A stretch of 64,000 nucleotides of DNA from an uncultured delta proteobacterium. Its GTDB lineage: Bacteria; Myxococcota; Myxococcia; Myxococcales; Anaeromyxobacteraceae. How positions within the stretch are numbered: the first letter of the stretch is position 1; each line of letters begins with the position of its first letter. Where the stretch lies: positions 192,001 through 256,000 of the forward strand of contig CAWFDF010000011.1 of assembly GCA_963814585.1 (NCBI GenBank), in the 5' to 3' direction. The notes under the pieces were generated by a model. The model worked only from the letters and a program-made list of their open reading frames with translations. It did no database searches and was not told the origin of the DNA. This document shows positions 54,515-64,000 of this stretch, in pieces. The position numbers were made by a program, and so were the translations under genes.

Positions 54515-55148
54515 CGAGGAGCACCTCGAGGAGCGTGCTCTTGCCGTTGGCGCCGGTTCCGTAGAGCAGGAAGAGGGCGTGCTCGCCCACGCCGCCGGTG
54601 AGTGAGTAGCCGACGGCGCGCTGGATGAAGTCGCGGAGGCGCTGTTGCGCCCAGTGACGCGCTCGAGGAAGGTCGACCAGGCCGGGCAGCTGGCCGCGGC
54701 GTCAGTACTTCACCGGAGCCAGCCGGGTGATGAGGTCATCGGGCCGGTGAGGCCGGAGCTCGCCGGTGCAGAAGGTCGATGTGTGCCGTTCTCGACGTTG
54801 AGCGCCCACGGGTCGGCGTCGAGGTCCTCAGGGGTCAGGGCCAGCGTGGGGTTGGTGCTCGCAATCCGCAGCATCGCCTCGAGGGCGCGGGCGCTCTCGC
54901 TGGCGATGGCGTGACGCGCCTGGGCCTTCCGGTCGGCCTGGCTGTCCTCCTCGGCCGCCGCCGCGAGCCGCGCGCGCGTTGGCCTCGAGGGCGTAGGTCA
55001 TCACCCGGCGCTTCTCGTCGGCGCGCCATCGGGCGCTGTCCCAGAGGTGCCAGCGGTTCCAGCCGTGGACGTACCGAACGACCCCCCCGAACGTGTTCAC
55101 GAACAGCTCGGCATTGCCCGCCTCTGAGAGCTGGAACGGCTGCCCCAT
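54515..55148 (-). pseudogene. D5/P4-family primase-helicase fragment (frameshifted, truncated after Walker A)
   Basis: LSEAGNAELFV...RYVHGWNRWHLWDSARWRAD; LDADPWALNVENG; DDLITR; IQRAVGYSLTG; FLLYGTGANGKSTLLEVL. Confidence 0.85.
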
Positions 55149-55529
55149 CACCTGTACCTCCTCGGTCGGCCCGCCAGCGCCGGGTCGGATGCCACGCCGG
55201 CGTGCGGCTGGCCGCCGAGCACCACCAGGTCGAGGATGCCGTTGCGGTCCACGCGCACCAGCTGGCCGGTGGGCCCGACGTAGGTGCGCCCGCGGCTTCA
55301 GCAGCGCCGGCAACCAGGGGCAGGCCCGGCGCCAGCCAGGGGGGAGCGGCACCAGCTCGGGGTCGAAGAGGTCGGGCGTGGTCACTGGAGTTGCTCCGCG
55401 GCCAGGGGCTCCACGACGTCCACCGGGATCGCCCCGTCGGTCCCGAGCTCGACGAAGGCCTCGTGCCAGAGCACGACGGCGACGGACGGGCCGGCCTTCT
55501 TCGGCCGCTCGCGGCGGATGACCACCAGC

Positions 55530-56677
55530 GGCGACGCCGAGCTTCTCCGACCAGTAGGAGCGGGCGGTCCGCCGGAGGTCGTGCGGCGTCCAGTGCGGCA
55601 TGACCAGCTGCTTCGCCTTGAAGAGCTCCCGGACGTGGCGCGACAGGGCCGTGTCGCTGAGCCGGCCGGTGGCGCTGGAGTGGGGCGGTCTTGAAGACGA
55701 GGTGCGATCCGGCTGTCGTGCCGGGCGCTTCCGGTGCCTGCAGCTTCTCGAAGGCGGTCCACCGCCGCGCGGCGAGAGCGGCACCACCTCGTCGCCGATG
55801 GAGGCGTGCATGGTGGCCTTCCGGTCGGCCTCCGGGATGGTCCAGAGCCCGGCCTCGAGGTCCACGTGCTCCCAGCGGGCGCGGAGCAGCTCGCCGGTCC
55901 GCTTGCCGGTCAGGAGCAGCAGGAGCAGCGCCTGGCGGCCCACCTTGGCGTCCTCGCGCGCACGGGCCGGCGAGGGCGGCGAGGAGCTGCTGCAGCTCCT
56001 CCGGCGAGAGCACGCGCTGGCGGGGCGGGCGCTCGACGGCGCCCAGCGGCGCGGGGCCTGAGGCCCTGGAAGGGCGAGGCGTCGAGGACGCCCAAGCTGC
56101 AGGGCGAAGTTGAACATCTGGCCGAGCAGCCGGTGCGTCCTCGATGCCTGGGTCGCGTGGCCGTCGGCGGCGATGTCCTCGATGACGCGCGTGCCACGCC
56201 TGCTTCGGGCGACGTTCCGCACCCTGAGGTTCTTGAAGCCCGTGCGGCCGCTGGAGGACGAACCGCTTGAGCTCCGCTTCTCGGCTGCGCGGGGGTGCTT
56301 GCGGTGGCCCTGCGAGCGACGCCTGGAACTTGGTCACCAGGCGTCGACGGTCATCTCGTCGGGAGGCCGGCGACCTGGTCGAGGCCCGACAGGCCGCTGC
56401 GCGCCCGGCTCCGCAGCTGCTCGAGCCGCTCGCGGGCCGCCGCCAGGCCGAGGTCGGGATAGCGACCCAGGACCGTCAGGCTCTGCTTCCCGCCGGCCTG
56501 GTCGGTAGAGCACCCAGGTGACGGTGCCGCTCTTGCCGAGGCGGGCGCGCAGCCCGGGGCGGTCGCTGTCGCCCCACTCCTCGCGCTCGCTCGCGGCGCT
56601 TGCCGAGCTGTTCGCGCAGCCACGACTTCTGTGAAGCGACGCACGCGGGGGCGTCGTGTAGGCTTGGGCTCGACCAT
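55530..56677 (-). pseudogene. Tyrosine integrase with N-terminal arm-binding domain, multiply frameshifted, C-terminus missing
   Basis: DSDRPGLRARL, LGRYPDLGLAAARE, RQRVLSPEEL, LLLTGKRTGELLRARWEHVDL, WTPHDLRRTARS; no downstream His/Tyr box. Confidence 0.88.
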
Positions 56678-56763
56678 CGTGCCTCCAGCAAGGCCCGCTG
56701 GTTCTGGGGCTCCCGGCTGGCAGGCCGGGAGCCCCTTCTTCTGGCCTCGAGGGTTACGAGGTC

Positions 56764-56864
56764 CCGGGATGAAACCGCGCCTCCTGGGATGAAACCTGGG
56801 ATGAAACGTTCACGCGACCAGGAGCGTACAAGGCCGGTCTGACGCGAACAATCCTTCATCCCGG
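56764..56864. repeat. Putative integrase arm-type binding sites
   Basis: GGGATGAAAC at 56766, 56786 and 56798, plus inverted TTCATCCCGG at 56855-56864, between the integrase start and the att repeat. Confidence 0.7.
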
Positions 56865-56945
56865 AAGCCCTATCGCACGCCTGCGAGTATCTGCTGACCT
56901 GGATCGCAGGCAGGATCGGGCGGATGCGAAGTCCCGAAAACAGGG

Positions 56946-58220
56946 TTACCACGTCCCGAACCGCCTGCGCGCCTCGGCGGTGAGCGCGTCACGCTGCGAC
57001 GGGTGCGCGATGGCGATGAGCGCCGCGGCCCGCTGCCGGAGGTTCTTGCCCCACAGGTCGGCGATGCCGTGCTCGGTCACCACGTAGTGGACGTGGGCGC
57101 GGGTGGAGACCACGCCGGCGCCGGGCTTCAGGTAGGAGACGATGCGGGACTCGCCCTTCGGGGTGGTGGAGGGGAGCGCGATGATCGGCTTCCCGCCCTC
57201 CGAGAGCGCCGCGCCGCGCATGAAGTCCATCTGGCCGCCGACCCCGGAGTAGAGGCGGTCGCCGAGGGAGTCGGCGCAGACCTGCCCGGTCAGGTCGACC
57301 TCGAGGGCGCTGTTGATGGCGATGACCTTGCGGTTGCGGCGGATCACGGCGGTGTCGTTGACGTAGGCGATGTCGAGCATCGACACCTGCGGGTTGTCGT
57401 CGATGAAGTCGTAGAGGGCGCGGCCGCCCAGCGCGAAGCCGGCCACCACCTTCCCCGGGTAGACGGTCTTGGCCTCGCCGGTGATGACGCCGCGCTCGAC
57501 CAGGTCGACCACGCCGTCGGTGAGCATCTCGGTGTGCATGCCCAGGCGGCGGTGATCGCGCAGGCCGAGCAGGGTGGCGTTGGGGATGGCGCCGATGCCG
57601 AGCTGCAGGCAGGCGCCGTCCTCGACCAGCTCGGCGCAGTGGAGCCCGATGGCCTTCTCCGCCTCGGTGAGCGGGTGGTGGGTCTCCTCGGGGATGGGGT
57701 CGTCGACCAGGACCAGGAAGTCGATGTCGTCCTGGTGCAGGATGCCGTCGCCGTGGGTGCGCGGCATGTTGGGGTTGACCTGGGCGATGACGGTGCGGGC
57801 CACCTCCACCGCGGCGCGGGTCACGTCGACCGAGACGCCCAGCGAGCAGAAGCCGTGCCGGTCGGGGGGCGAGACCTGGATGAGGGCCACGTCGAGCGGC
57901 AGCACGCCGGCGCGGAAGAGCTGCGGCACCTCGGAGAGGAAGACCGGAAGGTAGTCGGCGCGCCCCTCGTTGACGGCCTGCCGGACGTTGGCGCCGACGA
58001 AGAGGGCGTTGACGCGGAAGCTCCTGGCCATCTCCGGGGCGGCGTAGGGCGCGGCCCCCTCGGTGTGCAGGTGGACCACCTCGACCACCCGCAGCTCGTC
58101 GGACCGGGCCGTCATGGCGGCGATCAGCCGCTGCGGCGCGGCGGCGACGCTGTGGACGAAGACGCGGTCCCCGGACCGGATGACGGCGACGGCTTCCTGG
58201 GCGGTGACGGTGCGGGACAT
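56946..58220 (-). CDS. Acetyl-CoA hydrolase/transferase (4-hydroxybutyrate CoA-transferase-like)
   Basis: LQLGIGAIP, HTEM, INSALEVDLTGQVCADS, SGVGGQMDFMRGA, VVTEHG. Confidence 0.93.
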   Translation of the reverse strand: MSRTVTAQEAVAVIRSGDRVFVHSVAAAPQRLIAAMTARSDELRVVEVVHLHTEGAAPYAAPEMARSFRVNALFVGANVRQAVNEGRADYLPVFLSEVPQLFRAGVLPLDVALIQVSPPDRHGFCSLGVSVDVTRAAVEVARTVIAQVNPNMPRTHGDGILHQDDIDFLVLVDDPIPEETHHPLTEAEKAIGLHCAELVEDGACLQLGIGAIPNATLLGLRDHRRLGMHTEMLTDGVVDLVERGVITGEAKTVYPGKVVAGFALGGRALYDFIDDNPQVSMLDIAYVNDTAVIRRNRKVIAINSALEVDLTGQVCADSLGDRLYSGVGGQMDFMRGAALSEGGKPIIALPSTTPKGESRIVSYLKPGAGVVSTRAHVHYVVTEHGIADLWGKNLRQRAAALIAIAHPSQRDALTAEARRRFGTW

Positions 58221-58325
58221 GAAGCGCGGTGCTCCTCGGCTGGATGGGGTGCGGCACGATACCAGCGCTGCCGTCCGGGTGGGAATCGATCCGGCGGAAG
58301 GCCGGGGCCGGTCCGGCCGGGGCGT

Positions 58326-59186
58326 CTAGCGGAGGTCGAGGGCCAGCTTGACGGCCAGCGCCAGCGCCGAGAGCACGGCGACCCGCCGGACCAGCGCGTC
58401 GCCGCGGCGCACGGCCAGGTGCGCCCCCAACCAGGCCCCGCAGAGCTGGCCGGCCGCCATGGGGAGGGCCACCGGCCAGACCACCACGCCGCGCCAGGCG
58501 AAGAGGCCCAGCGCGGCCAGGTTGGAGGCGAAGTTGACCACCTTGGCGCCGGCCGAGGCGCGGGCCAGGCCGTCGCCGAGCAGGGCCACGAAGGCGACGA
58601 TCAGGAAGGTGCCGGTGCCGGGGCCGAAGAAGCCGTCGTAGGCGCCGATGGCCAGGGCGATGAGGCCGGCCAGGACGGGGCGGGCGGCCTCCCGGTTGGG
58701 GGCGGTGTGGGGTGGTGCCGTCACCTGCGGGGGTGGTGCTGCGGCAGGGGTCGAGGTCCCGCCGCCAGAATCCCCACCGCCCGGCGAGTGCGCTCCGTCC
58801 CGGGGGGCGGACCGCGGCGAGCGCCGCAGCCCGATGAAGAGGGCGGCGGCGGCCAGCAGCACCAGCACGATCGGCTTCAGCCTGTCGGACGGGACCGCCA
58901 GCACCAGCGCGGCGCCGAGCGCCGAGCCGAGCAGGCCGAGCGGGAAGCCGACCCGGGCCCGCGCCGGGTCGATGAGTCCGCCGCGCCAGAACCTCACCAG
59001 GGCGGCGCCGGAGCCGAAGACCGACTGTCCCTTGTTGGTGCCGAGGGCGAGGTGGGGGGGCAGGCCGGCCGCCAGCAGCGCCGGGACGGTGAGCAGCCCG
59101 CCGCCGCCGGCGATGGCGTCCACCAGTCCGGCGGCGAAGGCGACCAGCGTCAGGGCGGCGATGGTGAGCGGGGAGAGGGAGGGCAT
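58326..59186 (-). CDS. TSUP (TauE/SafE) family transporter
   Basis: AGLVDAIAGGGGL, ALGTNK, YDGFFGPGTG, AKVVNFASN. Confidence 0.92.
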   Translation of the reverse strand: MPSLSPLTIAALTLVAFAAGLVDAIAGGGGLLTVPALLAAGLPPHLALGTNKGQSVFGSGAALVRFWRGGLIDPARARVGFPLGLLGSALGAALVLAVPSDRLKPIVLVLLAAAALFIGLRRSPRSAPRDGAHSPGGGDSGGGTSTPAAAPPPQVTAPPHTAPNREAARPVLAGLIALAIGAYDGFFGPGTGTFLIVAFVALLGDGLARASAGAKVVNFASNLAALGLFAWRGVVVWPVALPMAAGQLCGAWLGAHLAVRRGDALVRRVAVLSALALAVKLALDLR

Positions 59187-59250
59187 CGGCGAGTCGCTGG
59201 CGGAGCGAGGGGGGCCTGGGCCGTGGCGAGGACTCGAGGGGGCCCGGCGC

Positions 59251-60297
59251 CTACCCGCGTCCCGCCACCTCCAGCAGGTCGGAGAGCACCGCGTAGGCGG
59301 TCTGGTCGACGCCACCGGCGCCTTCCCAGAGCCCGACCTCGCCCAGGAGATCGGTCTCCAGCACCAGCACGCCGTCGGCGTCCGACGAGGCCAGCAGGTC
59401 GCCGAGCGGAAGCTCCTCGGGAGCGACGCGGGCGGTGACGCGGCGACCAGCGCGGCGGGCGCGGGCCACCAGCCGCCAGCGCTTCCCCTCCTGCGTCGCC
59501 TTGGCCACCGCCTGGGCGGTGACCTGGCGGACGCTCACCCGCTCCACGTCGACGGGGCGCAGCGCGGCGCCCATGAGCGCGTTGGCCAGCGCGCAGGCCT
59601 TCACGGCCGCGTCCCAGCCGTCGAGGTCGAAGGCGGGATCGGCCTCGGCCACGCCGGCGGCCTGGGCCTCGGCCAGCGCCACGTCGAACGGCACGCCAGC
59701 CTCCAGGCGCGAGAGGATCCGCGTGGTGGTGGCGTTGAGGACGCCGCGGAAGCCGAGCACCTCGACGCCTCGCAGGCAGCGCCCGGCCAGGTTGAAGACG
59801 GGGAGGCCGTCCATCACCGCCCCCTCGTGGAGGTAGCGGACGCCGTGGCGCCGGGCCAGCACCTGGAGGCGGCGCTCGGCGTGGGCCACCGGGCCCTTGT
59901 TGGCGGTGACGACGTGGAGGCCACGCCGCAGGGCCGCCGCCACGTGGCCGGTGGCCGGCTCGCCGGCCAGCGGCTCGAGGGGGGAGAGCTCGACGAGCAC
60001 GTCGCAGGGCGCGCCGGCGACGAGGGCGCGGGTGGACGGGACCGGCCTCCCGCGGTGGAGGGGCGCCAGCGACTTCCCCGCGCGGACCAGGGCCAGGGCG
60101 CGCCGCAGGGGGAGCCCGCGCGGATCGACGGCCAGGCCATGGTGGGCGGTGGCGATGGCGGTGACCCGGACGGCGACGCCGGCGCGGCGCAGGATGCGGC
60201 CGTAGGGGCCGCCCAGCAGCTCGGCGAAGCGGCGAGCGACGTTGCCGAAGCCCACCAGGGCGAGGCGCAGGGGGCGGAGGCGGCGGGCGGTGGCCAT
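59251..60297 (-). CDS. hom: Homoserine dehydrogenase (no ACT domain)
   Basis: GFGNVA, HVVTANKGP, GVLNATT, AEADP..DLDGWDAAVK. Confidence 0.9.
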   Translation of the reverse strand: MATARRLRPLRLALVGFGNVARRFAELLGGPYGRILRRAGVAVRVTAIATAHHGLAVDPRGLPLRRALALVRAGKSLAPLHRGRPVPSTRALVAGAPCDVLVELSPLEPLAGEPATGHVAAALRRGLHVVTANKGPVAHAERRLQVLARRHGVRYLHEGAVMDGLPVFNLAGRCLRGVEVLGFRGVLNATTTRILSRLEAGVPFDVALAEAQAAGVAEADPAFDLDGWDAAVKACALANALMGAALRPVDVERVSVRQVTAQAVAKATQEGKRWRLVARARRAGRRVTARVAPEELPLGDLLASSDADGVLVLETDLLGEVGLWEGAGGVDQTAYAVLSDLLEVAGRG

Positions 60298-60379
60298 GCC
60301 CGCCGAGCCTACCGCGGCGGGCGCGCCCGCGGTGACGCCTGTGGAGCGGCCCGGAGGCGCCGGCCGGCGGCGGCGCCCG

Positions 60380-61678
60380 CTACCCGAGGAGCAGCCGCCG
60401 CTCGTCGGCGAGCACCGAGGCCAGGAAGGCGGTGAAGCGGGCGCCGGCGGCGCCGTCGATCACCCGGTGGTCGTAGGAGAGCGACAGCGGCAGCATGAGC
60501 CGCGGCCGGAACTCGGATCCGTTCCACTGCGGGCGCATGGTGGACCTGGAGACGCCGAGGATGGCCACCTCCGGCGCGTTGATGATGGGCGTGAAGGCGG
60601 TGCCGCCGATGCCGCCGAGGCTGGAGATGGTGAAGCAGCCTCCCTGCATGTCGGCCGGGGAGAGCTTCCCGGCGCGGGCCCGGGCCGCCAGCGCGGCCAC
60701 CTCGCGGGCGAGCTCGATGACGTCCTTCCGGTCGGCGTCGCGGACCACCGGGACCACCAGGCCGCCGGGGGTGTCGGCCGCGAAGCCGAGGTGGAAGTAG
60801 CGCTTGAGCACCAGCGTCTCGCCGTCGATCGAGGCGTTGAAGTCGGGGAACTGCCGCAACGCCGCCACGCAGGCCCGGATCAGGAGGGCGAGCAGCGTCA
60901 CCTTGGCGCCGCCCTCGCCCTGCTCCCGGTTGAGCTGGACGCGGTAGGCCTCGAGGTCGGTGATGTCGGCCTCGTCGACCTGGGTGACGTGCGGGATCAT
61001 CGCCCAGTTGCGGGCCAGGTTGGCGCCCGCGAGCTTGCGGAGGCGCGAGAGCGGCCGCGGCTCGACCGGGCCGAACGAGGCGAAGTCGACCTTCGGCCAG
61101 GGGAGGAGGTCGAGGCCGCCGCCCGGGCGTGGCCCGGCGCCGGCCAGCGCGGCCTTCACGAAGGCCTGGACGTCGTCGCGGAGGATCCGGCCGCGCGGCC
61201 CGGTCCCCGTGACGGCCGCCAGGCCGACGCCCAGCTCGCGGGCGAAGCGGCGGACCGACGGCGAGGCGTGGACCATCCCGCCGGCCGGTCCGACGGCCGG
61301 CTTGCCGGCCGGCGCGGAGGCCGGCGCGGTGTCAGGCGTCGGGGCCGCCGCCACGGAGGGTGGCGGGGCCGAGGCCGGTGCAGCCACCTTCGCGGGTGGG
61401 GCGGGCGGCGTGCTCGCCGCACCGGCGGGCGCCACGGCGGCCGCGGCCTCCAGCACCAGGATGAGCGAACCTTCCTTCACCCGGTCCCCCGGCTTGAGCT
61501 TCACCTCGCGCACCGTGCCGCCGGCGGGGGACGGGACGTCGAAGGTGGCCTTGTCCGACTCGAGCGTGAGGAGCGGCTGGCTCTCGGCGACGGCGTCGCC
61601 CGCCTTCACCAGCACGTCGGTCACGCCGGCGTCCTTGACGTCGCCGATGTCGGGGACCCTGACCTCGATGGTGGGCAT
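60380..61678 (-). CDS. aceF: Pyruvate dehydrogenase E2 dihydrolipoamide acetyltransferase
   Basis: Lipoyl LESDKAT, HASPSVRRFARELG, LSYDHRVIDGA. Confidence 0.95.
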   Translation of the reverse strand: MPTIEVRVPDIGDVKDAGVTDVLVKAGDAVAESQPLLTLESDKATFDVPSPAGGTVREVKLKPGDRVKEGSLILVLEAAAAVAPAGAASTPPAPPAKVAAPASAPPPSVAAAPTPDTAPASAPAGKPAVGPAGGMVHASPSVRRFARELGVGLAAVTGTGPRGRILRDDVQAFVKAALAGAGPRPGGGLDLLPWPKVDFASFGPVEPRPLSRLRKLAGANLARNWAMIPHVTQVDEADITDLEAYRVQLNREQGEGGAKVTLLALLIRACVAALRQFPDFNASIDGETLVLKRYFHLGFAADTPGGLVVPVVRDADRKDVIELAREVAALAARARAGKLSPADMQGGCFTISSLGGIGGTAFTPIINAPEVAILGVSRSTMRPQWNGSEFRPRLMLPLSLSYDHRVIDGAAGARFTAFLASVLADERRLLLG

Positions 61679-61680
61679 GT

Positions 61681-64000
<2,320 letters not shown>

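Larger units (their letters stand above)
53991..56962 (-). mobile_element. Degenerate integrated element (P4/PICI-like or prophage remnant) in the 3' end of the CoA-transferase gene
   Basis: Imperfect direct repeats TACCA(G/C)GTCCCGAA(G/C)CG at 53992-54008 and 56947-56963 flank integrase and primase fragments. Confidence 0.85.

Noticed and set aside
55145..55385. Excisionase/AlpA gene between integrase and primase
   Set aside because: The small frameshifted ORF (VTTPDLFDPELVPLPPGW...) has no recognisable HTH and was left unassigned
56764..56810. CRISPR array or replication iterons
   Set aside because: Repeats are 10-12 bp with 2-10 bp gaps and there are no cas or rep genes; the position fits integrase arm sites better

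Overview
GC-rich chromosomal window whose gene content points to a myxobacterium (Anaeromyxobacter-like; inference). It is mostly housekeeping and metabolic: glnB, NfeD/SPFH, tRNA-Ala(CGC), a P-type ATPase, ctaA/ctaB, ttcA, deoC, a sulfur amino-acid block (moeB-rhodanese, DUF4395, cysK, metB-like, metY), an ArsA-like ATPase pair with a PhaR-like gene, tatA, ltaE, MATE, ruvCAB, lpxC, an acetyl-CoA hydrolase/transferase, hom and aceEF. Two signals go beyond the gene list. (1) A palindrome, consensus KTCCGYTAWARYGGA, overlaps or abuts sigma70-like promoters of cysK, the metB-like gene and metY. A degenerate copy lies upstream of an XRE-cupin regulator about 25 kb away, suggesting a sulfur/Cys/Met regulon. 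(2) A decayed element of about 3 kb (tyrosine integrase, D5/P4-type primase and a mini integrase core-binding-domain gene) is integrated in the last codons of the CoA-transferase gene. Both junctions encode RRFGTW-stop, so integration appears to have swapped 3' ends between a host gene and an element gene. Also seen: sigma54 promoters upstream of glnB and lpxC, a Fur-box-like site, and two single frameshifts (mscS and a TPR gene) that may be sequencing errors. All calls come from reading the sequence; no database searches were run.
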